IMG/VR virus record: IMGVR_UViG_3300035670_000125
DNA: 64,000 nt
Strand: one strand, 5' to 3'
DNA from: a virus
Shown here: positions 24,901 to 32,784 of the stretch, piece by piece
Position numbering within the stretch: the first letter of the stretch is position 1
Layout of the letters: the number at the start of each line of letters is the position of its first letter
Program-made: the position numbers and the translations under genes
The notes under the pieces: model-generated
Databases searched by the model: none
What the model saw: only the letters and a program-made list of their open reading frames with translations
Told to the model about the DNA's origin: nothing

Positions 24901-26793
24901 TCACTTTACAGGACAGACGCCGCCGACGCACTCAAATGAGTCTTGAATATCTTCTTCTTTGATTTCGCAGGATGTAATTGGTTTTGTTCTAGATACCATC
25001 TCATCGTACTGAGACTTTGTGATTTCTTCAAGCGGAGCTTGTTTAAATCCATGTTCGTTGTGGAGAAGAAAGCTAACGGTTTTAAGATTATTGTTATAAT
25101 TTTCTTTTAGCCACTGTTTTATTTGTGGGAGTTCTTCTTTCCGGTAATAAACGGTACAACTAACTGAGTTATCACTCCAATTGGCTTGTAGTTCTTTCAC
25201 CACTTCCAATTGGTCAAGCGCACTCACATCATGTGCCAAAACCGTCTGTTCTGGGAACGAGCATGGGAAGGAAACAACAACAGTGTTATTATCATTGGTG
25301 CCGTCGAAGTTTTTTTGAAACTCTACATCATAACCATGTTGTCTACACACCTGGACAAGTGGGGATGAAGACGCCATCCTAATTCTTCTGATGTGATATC
25401 TAGAGTAACCTGGGTGTGCTCCTGGTGTTGTACCTGCCAATAGAGACAATGTACCACTAGGTTTAACTGTCGTGAGTTTTACTGATTCAGGGAACCCGTG
25501 CGCCTTGCTGTATGCTGCATCGAATTCTCGGATCTTTGAGTAGGTTTCTCTCAACCAGGATCTCTGCTCTTTCGTTGCTTGTAGGTAGCCCGTGACACCA
25601 ATACCCATTCTCATGTTCTTGTGAACAATCTTGGCTGTTTCTTCGTGGTGACAGTCCAAAGCTAATGAATGCTTATTGATACGGTACAGGTATGTCGCTA
25701 CTTCTAGCAATTCCTCTTTTGTTTCAATGTTTGGAAGGAAAATCTCAGCCAAACAGCAAGTTTCTTTATCCGCTAGAGATTGTTCTGCGCATGGATTGAA
25801 TCCAATTACTTCTGGATCAGGGCGGGAGGTGTCTCCGGTTCTCCCAACGGTCCTAGCTAAACCAAGATTGATTAACCCATAAGGTTCACCATTACCTTCG
25901 TAACCGTTCCAGAATTGTTCGGGTAGGAGATTCATATCATTACAAACAATTGAATTGTTAGACATTGCTCTCCAGTTTGGAATGTTCCCTAAATCCCAAC
26001 GCTTTGCATTTAGATACTGCAAATCATCCATATCACCGATTGCAATTTGTGCGGAACGACGAACGTTTCCAGCAACAACAATATACCCAATGATATTCAT
26101 AATATCCAAGCAATCGATTGGTCTTGCTTTTTTACCAGCACGTTCATTGAGTAGTTTGGAGATTTGTTCAATACCCCAGCAAAGTTCTTCTGGACCGGAT
26201 GCAACGCCACCGAATCCCTTGATGGGAGTTCCTTTACCTCTCACACAAATAGTAGAGAAGGAAAACCCCTTACCGGTAATAAAGTGTGTGGTAAGCGTTT
26301 TTTCTAGAAGTTCAACCCACCCCTCTCTTGTGTCGGGAACAATGAAGTCAGCATCCTGGGTATCCATTCGGACCACCTTAGCTTTCTTCACTTTAGGTAA
26401 AGCATACACGTATTCTCTTTGGATGTTATAGCCGACCCCGCTACCAAGCATGAGCATATCCATTGCCCAAGTGAAAGGGCGAATGGGATGATCTACTAGA
26501 GTTACGGCACAGTTTTGCAAGGAGGCAAGTCCCAGCTTATCGACTGTTTTTGTTCCTAACTGCCAAAGGAAGCGTCCAGCTACAATGCCTTTCAGAGACA
26601 ACATTATTTCTCTTAGGCGCAGTTTTTCCTTTGCACTAAATCCAACCTTCAGTTGGGTGTCAGTGGCTTTGATGATTCTATCAACGGTATTTTCAAATTC
26701 CTCGGTTTGATCTGTTTTGTTGTCTAGCTTTCTTGCGTAGGTCCTCTTGTAGGTGATGTATCCGAGTGGGCCCCAAGGTGTTTTTGTTTCCAT
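24901..26793 (-). CDS. nrdJ: ribonucleotide reductase, class II (adenosylcobalamin-dependent)-like
   Basis: NPCAEQSL...ETCCLAEIFLP (active-site Cys/Glu loop), VKPSGTLSLLAGTTPGAHPGYS and the C-terminal Cys pair CVGGVC. A single 630-aa chain with no separate beta subunit nearby. Confidence 0.8.
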   Translation of the reverse strand: METKTPWGPLGYITYKRTYARKLDNKTDQTEEFENTVDRIIKATDTQLKVGFSAKEKLRLREIMLSLKGIVAGRFLWQLGTKTVDKLGLASLQNCAVTLVDHPIRPFTWAMDMLMLGSGVGYNIQREYVYALPKVKKAKVVRMDTQDADFIVPDTREGWVELLEKTLTTHFITGKGFSFSTICVRGKGTPIKGFGGVASGPEELCWGIEQISKLLNERAGKKARPIDCLDIMNIIGYIVVAGNVRRSAQIAIGDMDDLQYLNAKRWDLGNIPNWRAMSNNSIVCNDMNLLPEQFWNGYEGNGEPYGLINLGLARTVGRTGDTSRPDPEVIGFNPCAEQSLADKETCCLAEIFLPNIETKEELLEVATYLYRINKHSLALDCHHEETAKIVHKNMRMGIGVTGYLQATKEQRSWLRETYSKIREFDAAYSKAHGFPESVKLTTVKPSGTLSLLAGTTPGAHPGYSRYHIRRIRMASSSPLVQVCRQHGYDVEFQKNFDGTNDNNTVVVSFPCSFPEQTVLAHDVSALDQLEVVKELQANWSDNSVSCTVYYRKEELPQIKQWLKENYNNNLKTVSFLLHNEHGFKQAPLEEITKSQYDEMVSRTKPITSCEIKEEDIQDSFECVGGVCPVK

Positions 26794-26811
26794 TTGATAT
26801 CCTCTTTGAAG

Positions 26812-27033
26812 TTAGTTTGTTTTGAATTCAACCCATTGATCGAGTTTAGCGGCAGGTATAGTCAGAGTCTCATCGCAAATGTATATCAGATCATAGTGGC
26901 GATTCAACCACTTTCCTTCTAAAATGTAATCATCAGTTGGTGAATGTTCTGATTTTTTTCTTTCTACTTTGTTTACTAAAAAAACAATATCCAAACAACT
27001 TCTATGCTTATAGATCTTATCCGTTTGAAACAT
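26812..27033 (-). CDS. hypothetical protein
   Basis: 73-aa ORF with a GGAGGAGAA RBS. Confidence 0.55.
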   Translation of the reverse strand: MFQTDKIYKHRSCLDIVFLVNKVERKKSEHSPTDDYILEGKWLNRHYDLIYICDETLTIPAAKLDQWVEFKTN

Positions 27034-27044
27034 TTCTCCTCCAA

Positions 27045-27083
27045 TAAAAAAGTGGTAGCACGGAAGAAGTAACGTGCTACCAC
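27045..27083 (-). terminator. intrinsic terminator
   Basis: Perfect 11-bp stem GTGGTAGCACG/CGTGCTACCAC (27052-62/27073-83), followed on the minus strand by TTTTTTAT. Confidence 0.75.
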
Positions 27084-27142
27084 CTCAAACTAACCACTAT
27101 TCTAAAGGAGTTAAGAGGAGTGGTTATTGTAAAAATTATCTT

Positions 27143-27328
27143 TTAGCTTGCTCTTAGTTGATTGCTACCTAAGATTTGTTTTTTCAAACGTGTGAGTGCT
27201 AGTTGCGCTGCTCGTTTTGTTTCATATCGCTTAGTGCGATATCTCACTCCGTTAACATTGACGGACCCGCGATAACTAGATGTTGAGGACTCAAAACTAA
27301 TACCACCAGAATTTAAAATACGAATCAT
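27143..27328 (-). CDS. small AP2-like DNA-binding domain protein
   Basis: GISFESSTSSYRGSVNVNGVRYRTKRYETKRAAQLA fits the AP2/ERF-type three-strand-plus-helix pattern seen in phage HNH-associated AP2 domains. Confidence 0.5.
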   Translation of the reverse strand: MIRILNSGGISFESSTSSYRGSVNVNGVRYRTKRYETKRAAQLALTRLKKQILGSNQLRAS

Positions 27329-27349
27329 ATTTACTCCGTTTTATATAAG

Positions 27350-27847
27350 TTAAAGGAAGTCAAACAAAGAAGCTGTTTCATCTACTAATTCATTAACATA
27401 GTATCCTTTGTATTGCAAGTATTTTGTTCCGAAAACATAAGGATACATGATTGTCTTGGGAATAGAACTTCTGATGCCGTATCTTCTAGCGTCAAGCATA
27501 GACTCATTGTGAGATCTATTTAAAAGACAATGTCCAAGTTCATGGTAAATTGTTTCTTCTTTTTCAGAGTCACTTAGCTTATTGAACTCTTCTGGATCTA
27601 CTTCGATGTAATTCTTATCGGTGTTATTGTAGTTGTAGCAAAGAGCAATTACGTATTCTTCCTGAATTTCTTTGAATTTAATAGGAATAATATTTTTTAA
27701 TCCAGTTTGCATTTGAAAATCTTCAACGTAGGCTTGGAATTCTGGTTCAACATACACATCCCTGCTCAAATCAACTACGCCACAAGCTGAAATCATAAAC
27801 AAGCTAAAACTAAATAATAGGCGCTTCGTTTTCTTCAATGATTTCAT
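27350..27847 (-). CDS. lipoprotein-signal HExxH zinc metallopeptidase-like protein
   Basis: Lipobox-like LFMISAC at the N-terminus, then IYHELGHCLLNRSHN. Paralogous to 39779-40228. Confidence 0.6.
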   Translation of the reverse strand: MKSLKKTKRLLFSFSLFMISACGVVDLSRDVYVEPEFQAYVEDFQMQTGLKNIIPIKFKEIQEEYVIALCYNYNNTDKNYIEVDPEEFNKLSDSEKEETIYHELGHCLLNRSHNESMLDARRYGIRSSIPKTIMYPYVFGTKYLQYKGYYVNELVDETASLFDFL

Positions 27848-28031
27848 GTAGTTTGTTTCTCACTTCTTGTAGGCAGTTGAATATTTCTTCGGTTTGAATT
27901 GTTTCGTACTTCAATCTAGATCTTAGATAGTTATCGAAGTCTTCTAGGCACCTTTTATATTTATGTGCGTTAGATGCTACTTCGAATTCATATTGGTCTT
28001 CTGGTAGTTCGAACTCTAGTTTGGCTTTCAT
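27810..28031 (-). CDS. hypothetical protein
   Basis: 73-aa acidic helical ORF. Confidence 0.5.
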   Translation of the reverse strand: MKAKLEFELPEDQYEFEVASNAHKYKRCLEDFDNYLRSRLKYETIQTEEIFNCLQEVRNKLHEIIEENEAPII

Positions 28032-28045
28032 ATTAAACTCAGTAA

Positions 28046-28124
28046 TGGTCGGCCCGGAGGGATTTGAACCCTCGTGTCACCGCTACCCTTTCTACCGCTT
28101 ATAAGACGGAGGGGATACGGGCCG
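28046..28124 (-). tRNA. tRNA-like gene with encoded CCA, non-canonical body (candidate anticodon loop CUUAUAA)
   Basis: Minus strand: perfect 7-bp acceptor CGGCCCG/CGGGCCG, T arm GAGGG-TTCAAAT-CCCTC, discriminator A and CCA. The 44-nt interior has one hairpin CCGT-CTTATAA-GCGG but no D arm that I can fold. Confidence 0.5.
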
Positions 28125-28153
28125 TTGCTTTCTTTTGTGGTAAGGAATTTATT

Positions 28154-28231
28154 TGGCTGGGGGAGCTGGGATCGAACCAGCCTCGTTCTCGGTTAACAGC
28201 CGAGCGCATTCACCTTGATTGCTACCCCCCA
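28154..28231 (-). tRNA. tRNA-Asn: tRNA-Asn (anticodon GUU), CCA encoded
   Basis: Minus strand: acceptor TGGGGGG/TCCCCCA, D arm GCAA-TCAAGGTGA-ATGC, anticodon arm CTCGG-CTGTTAA-CCGAG, T arm GCTGG-TTCGATC-CCAGC and a GCCA 3' end. Confidence 0.8.
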
Positions 28232-28477
28232 ATTAAATTTACTTTACGTCATCACTTTTTAAAACTCAATGGTTTTTTTAAAAACACAATGTTCTTTTGT
28301 GTTTGATTTTTCTCTTTGATCAACAAAGATAATTGAAATATGTTTACTGTATTTATCAGTACTTGAAACAAAAAATAAACAAGTAATTGTCGGTTGCAAA
28401 TGCAATCAAGGCTAATAAAGAAGTAACATAACTAAAAATCGATGTCGATATAATTAAACCTCTAGCGGTTGAATTTT

Positions 28478-28663
28478 TCATTCAGAAAATAATTTGAAAA
28501 GCTCTTCTTCAATTTCTTCAAGAAGTTTTGGGTTTTTCTTAGAAAGTAAATCAAAGATTTCCTCCGAGTGGGAGGGATCAGTGTCAATGATTTCATTTAT
28601 ATTCCTTACAAAATCTTTAGGTTTAAGGTTGTTCTTTTGAATCTCAATGCACACCAAACACAT
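28478..28663 (-). CDS. hypothetical protein
   Basis: 61-aa ORF beginning MCLVCIEIQ. ATGA-type junction. Confidence 0.45.
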   Translation of the reverse strand: MCLVCIEIQKNNLKPKDFVRNINEIIDTDPSHSEEIFDLLSKKNPKLLEEIEEELFKLFSE

Positions 28664-28860
28664 TAGTCACTACCCCACTTGATAGTTTCTTCGTAATCGT
28701 GAGTTTCTTTCTCTTCCTCGTCGTATCCGAAGAAATTACCCTTTTTATGAGATCTAACCTTTATGTTTTTATCTTTACAGATAGAACATTCTAGATTTCT
28801 CGGGCACCAAGAAAGACTCCAGACATTGCCGCAATATTTACATTCGAAGTCGTATTTCAT
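28663..28860 (-). CDS. zinc-ribbon protein
   Basis: CKYCGN...CSICKDK paired CxxC motifs. Confidence 0.55.
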   Translation of the reverse strand: MKYDFECKYCGNVWSLSWCPRNLECSICKDKNIKVRSHKKGNFFGYDEEEKETHDYEETIKWGSD

Positions 28861-29225
28861 TAGAGGTAATTAAAATCACCCATGTCGGTTTCGGTTTCTT
28901 TTTCCCAACAAGGAGAGCATCGGAATCTATTAATTGTTAGGTTTCCACATTTTTGACAATTAAATTTTTTATTGTTGAACAGTGGTTCTTCTGGACCCAT
29001 CTCGAGTTCCTCTTGCTCTTTAAAAGTTCTAATTTTGATCCGGTGACGGCCTTTGTTCCTTTTAATTAAAGGTTTTAATAGGTCTTCTTTAGTTACAGCA
29101 TCGGTGTAACTGATACTCTCACCGCTTCTATAAAGCCTATAAATATCAACGACAAGGATTGGGTTCCCAGTGTTCAGATTGATGATCTTTGAGTTGCTAT
29201 ATTTTACAATTTTGATTGTTTCCAT
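28860..29225 (-). CDS. hypothetical protein with C-terminal zinc ribbon
   Basis: CQKCGN...CSPCWEK at the C-terminus. Confidence 0.55.
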   Translation of the reverse strand: METIKIVKYSNSKIINLNTGNPILVVDIYRLYRSGESISYTDAVTKEDLLKPLIKRNKGRHRIKIRTFKEQEELEMGPEEPLFNNKKFNCQKCGNLTINRFRCSPCWEKETETDMGDFNYL

Positions 29226-29563
29226 TACTGCATACCTCTCATAAATCTTTTATCATATGATTCTAAAACATCAAGGAATAAACTTCTAGCCTTCGCCTGA
29301 TACAAAGCTTTTTTTAAAATCCCGTCCCATAGTGTAGAATTCTTGGGTTTGGGCATAGACAATGTGTTGTTTCTCAAGTGAGTGATGATGGTTTCTTCTT
29401 TAGGTTTTGTCTGCTCAAACTTCATCCCACTCAACATAAGTTGGTTTAGAATAAAGTCACACTCATTCATGAATAACCTTTGACTTTTTACGTTCTCAAT
29501 CTTTTTACAAAGAAATTTAGATTGCCAAAGAAATTGTTTAGTCAAAAATTCTATAGTGTTCAT
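29225..29563 (-). CDS. hypothetical protein
   Basis: 112-aa ORF abutting its neighbours. Confidence 0.5.
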   Translation of the reverse strand: MNTIEFLTKQFLWQSKFLCKKIENVKSQRLFMNECDFILNQLMLSGMKFEQTKPKEETIITHLRNNTLSMPKPKNSTLWDGILKKALYQAKARSLFLDVLESYDKRFMRGMQ

Positions 29564-29572
29564 GTGGTTCCA

Positions 29573-29821
29573 TCAGTTGAGTAAATTTTCAAGATCGGTG
29601 TCTTGAATTGCAATTAAAGCTTCTTCATAAGAACAACCAAGATCTCGAGTTATTTCTAGGCTAACCAAGAACCTAACTTTATCGTGGAATTGTTCTAGTA
29701 TCTCTTCTTTAAAGATAGGATCCTTTTCAATTAAACGATCCTTCTCGGCTCGATAGTGCTTTGTTAGTTCAAAAAAATTTTCTAAATTATTTTCAATGTA
29801 ATCAATGATTTCAGAATTCAA
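29573..29821 (-). CDS. hypothetical protein
   Basis: 82-aa acidic helical ORF. Confidence 0.5.
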   Translation of the reverse strand: MNSEIIDYIENNLENFFELTKHYRAEKDRLIEKDPIFKEEILEQFHDKVRFLVSLEITRDLGCSYEEALIAIQDTDLENLLN

Positions 29822-29860
29822 AAACCCCTCCCCCTCCCAGAATCTAGAAACAGCCCTGCA

Positions 29861-30334
29861 CTAAACTTTCGTTATATTAATCCATTCTGGGGGTAAACGG
29901 CGTTTCCAAGAGAATATATATGCCTTATGTTTATTGTAGTAATTGCGATAAGCTGAGACGCTCGAGGATGCTTTACAATCGTCTGGCATACACTGAGGGG
30001 GTTCTGTGAATCCTTGTGTTGGAAAATCAATTGCTGCTTGGTTCTGCTCGCACCATTTGATTATATCCAAGCTCTTGTGTTGCTTCCCGTATCGGTGTGT
30101 GTATTCATCGCAGATGCTGTAGCCATGTTGAATTAACCATTTATAGTTCTCTCTAGAAGTCCTGCTCCAAACGGTAGAGGGGTGGTTGTAATGAGTTCGG
30201 CGATAGGGTGCGGTTCCCTGGGGGAATGCACTACAGAGCATCTGTGCGGTCTCAAGTGGCATCTTAACGACGTGCTTATCAACTAACTGTTGCGCTGCGA
30301 TAGTGGGGTTATTGTCTAGATAAAAAATATTCAT
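29861..30334 (-). CDS. conserved hypothetical protein (MNIFYLD...DKHVVKM...ETAQML type)
   Basis: The N-terminal pattern MNIFYLDNNPxxAAQxLxDKHVVKMxLETAQML recurs in phage and large-DNA-virus proteins as far as I recall. I cannot name the family with confidence. Confidence 0.55.
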   Translation of the reverse strand: MNIFYLDNNPTIAAQQLVDKHVVKMPLETAQMLCSAFPQGTAPYRRTHYNHPSTVWSRTSRENYKWLIQHGYSICDEYTHRYGKQHKSLDIIKWCEQNQAAIDFPTQGFTEPPQCMPDDCKASSSVSAYRNYYNKHKAYIFSWKRRLPPEWINITKV

Positions 30335-30443
30335 TCTTCGGTTCCAGTAATTAGTTTATAAAGAAGGTATAAAAACCCGGGATTTAGTAGAACATACAAT
30401 ATAAGTATTTCAACAATATATTTGAAATTAATTTCTCGTTTCT

Positions 30444-30758
30444 TCAACGATCCGTCCATGACCTGATCCTCCAGGTAGTTCTGGTGGTTTTCATGAATCC
30501 TTTTGGGATAAGGATTTCAATTGAAGGATTATCCTTTGTGTAATAGGGAGCCGTTTCCTCAATAGTTACCAGCGTCTCGAGTTGCTCTTTAGTTAGTGCT
30601 TCGTATCCTTTGGGTACTATCTGGGATGGTTCAGCATTCGGTCTAGCCTTTGACCATTTTGTTGTTTTGACTATTAGCAAATCGCCTTCTCTTTTGAACA
30701 TAGCAAAGTCTTCTCCGCAATTGTGGAAAGCATACCATTCTTGGAATTCGTCACTCAT
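30444..30758 (-). CDS. hypothetical protein
   Basis: 104-aa ORF with a GGGGAG RBS. Confidence 0.55.
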   Translation of the reverse strand: MSDEFQEWYAFHNCGEDFAMFKREGDLLIVKTTKWSKARPNAEPSQIVPKGYEALTKEQLETLVTIEETAPYYTKDNPSIEILIPKGFMKTTRTTWRIRSWTDR

Positions 30759-30906
30759 CTAGTTTCTCCCCGCATTTTAAACAGTAATAATAACGTTCAG
30801 TTAATCCGATATACTCACTTGCATCGTGGAGACAGAAGGTGAGCGTAACATTCTGGGTTGTAATCTGTAGTGTTAAATCCTGTGATGTAGTTTGCTGTGT
30901 CAACAT
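30751..30906 (-). CDS. 51-aa CxH...CxxC zinc-ribbon-like protein (below ORF-track cutoff)
   Basis: ATG at 30906. Encodes MLTQQTTSQDLTLQITTQNVTLTFCLHDASEYIGLTERYYYCLKCGEKLDE. Its stop overlaps the next ATG (ATGAGTGA). Shares its motif with 21774-22166 and 24482-24679. Confidence 0.5.
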   Translation of the reverse strand: MLTQQTTSQDLTLQITTQNVTLTFCLHDASEYIGLTERYYYCLKCGEKLDE

Positions 30907-30941
30907 AAAAATTCATCCCCCACCCAATAATTAATAACATG

Positions 30942-31127
30942 TTAAACATTCTCAACTTCCTCCTGTGGAGGTGCCGGTTTAATTGCATGAACGGAAACCG
31001 GTTGCCATCCTTGTTGGATTAACTTTTTCCTGGCTTCATCCGCACTAACAGCATTGATGGTGCCTGAAGTGATGGAAGAAGTGTATGGAGTTAGAAGTGC
31101 TTTGTATTCAAAGATCCATTCAGTCAT
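30942..31127 (-). CDS. hypothetical protein
   Basis: 61-aa ORF with an ATGA overlap with the upstream ORF. Confidence 0.5.
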   Translation of the reverse strand: MTEWIFEYKALLTPYTSSITSGTINAVSADEARKKLIQQGWQPVSVHAIKPAPPQEEVENV

Positions 31128-31306
31128 TTTTTATATCCTCGAGATGAGTCTATCCGATTCTCTATAATAGTCAATGTATTAAATAATTTTGAAATTTTTT
31201 TCCAACTAGTTTTTTGTCCCAAGTTCTTACGAATATTGCGTAATTCTTTTTTTAGTCCCATGAGTTTTGAGGTTGACTTACTTTGGGTCCATTGCTTTTT
31301 TTTCAT
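31124..31306 (-). CDS. hypothetical basic protein
   Basis: I trimmed to the internal ATG (MKKKQWTQ). The ORF-track version starts at a TTG and reads through a hairpin-rich GC-richer stretch (31307-31447). No clear RBS, so confidence is low. Confidence 0.35.
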   Translation of the reverse strand: MKKKQWTQSKSTSKLMGLKKELRNIRKNLGQKTSWKKISKLFNTLTIIENRIDSSRGYKK

Positions 31307-31447
31307 AGATATGGTATTAATACTTCGTATGGTGATTACCTTGGAGCTGAGCGACCACATCAAGTGGGAGCGCGTATTACCCTGTAGCCCATATGGTTGA
31401 TACGGTAGAGCCTCGACTTTAAACTCTACCGTACCACCAAGCAAGTG

Positions 31448-31714
31448 TTATGATTCGCCTGTATCCCTCTGCCTTACTTCTTCTGAGAAGACTACACCTC
31501 TTGAAATTAGAGCACGTTTAGCTTTAATCTTTAGCATTTGGAGTGATGCTGCTGTTCCATTTTCCACGACGTTACCGGTCGAAGTATCAGTAATGACATA
31601 ACCAAGTTGAGAAGGGATCAGAGTGACGGTTAGTAAGTCAGCTCCAGCAACTAACGGGGTTCTAAGAACTAAGTTTCCGTTACTGTCTTTGTTATATCTG
31701 ATTCTTGTTACCAT
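31448..31714 (-). CDS. hypothetical protein
   Basis: 88-aa ORF, beta-rich sequence. Confidence 0.5.
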   Translation of the reverse strand: MVTRIRYNKDSNGNLVLRTPLVAGADLLTVTLIPSQLGYVITDTSTGNVVENGTAASLQMLKIKAKRALISRGVVFSEEVRQRDTGES

Positions 31715-31943
31715 TGCTTTCTCCTTTTATAAGTTTAGTTAAATGATCTAACGATTTGGATTTGAGTTGATTCAATCTTATTCTTGAAAGTACATCGACG
31801 GTGATATTCAGATTGTCACAAGTTAGTACCTTTAATGTTGCCCCAGATAATATCTCTTCCTTTAATTCGTACAGGCTAATATAGCATGAGTGAGTTAGGT
31901 CGTAATACTTACCGTTGTTATGGCGTCTTATTCTCAATAACAT
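31692..31943 (-). CDS. PhaR-N-like (PHB_acc_N-type) DNA-binding domain protein, divergent paralogue
   Basis: IRRHNNGKYYDLTHSCYISLYELKEEILSG...ITVDVLSRI parallels the adjacent gene's KKYRNRKLYD pattern. Confidence 0.5.
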   Translation of the reverse strand: MLLRIRRHNNGKYYDLTHSCYISLYELKEEILSGATLKVLTCDNLNITVDVLSRIRLNQLKSKSLDHLTKLIKGESNGNKNQI

Positions 31944-32170
31944 TAACCATCCTTCTTGATAAGATCGTGTAGGATCTCGGATGATTTTAAGGACTCGAGC
32001 TTCAGAAGGATCTGCACTAGCGTGTCAGCAGTTACATCCTTCTGTGTGTCGTGGTCGATGATTTCAACCTTGACACCCTTACTCACCGCATCCTGTACGT
32101 GAGATAGGTTTACATATTTGGAAGCTTGAACATCGTATAGCTTTCTATTTCTGTATTTTTTAATCAGCAT
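31943..32170 (-). CDS. PhaR-N-like (PHB/PHA accumulation regulator DNA-binding domain) protein
   Basis: IKKYRNRKLYDVQASKYVNLSHVQDAV...V...D...DVTADTLVQILL matches the PHB_acc_N consensus (IKKYxNRRLYDT..S.Y.TL.D). Confidence 0.65.
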   Translation of the reverse strand: MLIKKYRNRKLYDVQASKYVNLSHVQDAVSKGVKVEIIDHDTQKDVTADTLVQILLKLESLKSSEILHDLIKKDG

Positions 32171-32171
32171 A

Positions 32172-32339
32172 TTAACCCCTTTGGCTTAAAGTAAAAATGA
32201 AATACCCAATAACCCACACTAAAGAAGAAGAAAGAATAACTACACTAAGACTAACTAGAAAGTTGAGAACAAAGTAAACCAAGGTTCGTGTTGTTTCAAA
32301 CATCATAAACGCTCCGATTAATCCTAGTACCGTCAACAT
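32172..32339 (-). CDS. 55-aa two-TM membrane protein (below ORF-track cutoff)
   Basis: ATG at 32339 with GAAGGAG upstream. Encodes MLTVLGLIGAFMMFETTRTLVYFVLNFLVSLSVVILSSSLVWVIGYFIFTLSQRG. Its stop lies 1 nt before the next ATG. Confidence 0.55.
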   Translation of the reverse strand: MLTVLGLIGAFMMFETTRTLVYFVLNFLVSLSVVILSSSLVWVIGYFIFTLSQRG

Positions 32340-32340
32340 A

Positions 32341-32562
32341 TTACTCCTTCGGCTTTAACTCAATTACGTTATTTATTTGATTCTGTTCTGTAACTACTGT
32401 GGACATCATCCTATCGATCATGTCTTGCTCGTACGCATTCACAGCTGCATGGGCGATGAGTTCGGCAGGTTCGTAGAAGCTCCCCGCTTTCGCCAACCTC
32501 ATGCATTCCTCTTCTAGGAGTTGAATCCTTTTCTTTATCTCTCTGTACTTTACGTCACTCAT
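32341..32562 (-). CDS. hypothetical protein
   Basis: 73-aa helical ORF. Confidence 0.5.
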   Translation of the reverse strand: MSDVKYREIKKRIQLLEEECMRLAKAGSFYEPAELIAHAAVNAYEQDMIDRMMSTVVTEQNQINNVIELKPKE

Positions 32563-32568
32563 AGTCCC

Positions 32569-32784
32569 TCAGTGAATTTGTTTGAAGTATGAAATAGAGA
32601 CGTGTCTTTCGAGTTGTTCGATTTCGAATTCGTCGGGATCGTGTTCAAGGTAGGACTCGTCCTCTTCACTATATTTATGCACCGATAAAACATCAACTTC
32701 GCAGACTTCGTTCCCAATAAGAGTAACAGAAGCGCCTACAATATAGTGCCCAAGTCCTGGGATGGTTACGTCACATTCAAACAT
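32569..32784 (-). CDS. hypothetical protein
   Basis: 71-aa acidic ORF. Confidence 0.5.
   Translation of the reverse strand: MFECDVTIPGLGHYIVGASVTLIGNEVCEVDVLSVHKYSEEDESYLEHDPDEFEIEQLERHVSISYFKQIH

Noticed and set aside
25676-26431. Plus-strand ORFs inside the RNR gene.
   Set aside because: These are shadow ORFs antisense to a gene with clear RNR motifs.
28064-28306. 80-aa plus-strand ORF.
   Set aside because: It lies antisense across the tRNA-like gene and tRNA-Asn, and its sequence is the complement of tRNA stems.
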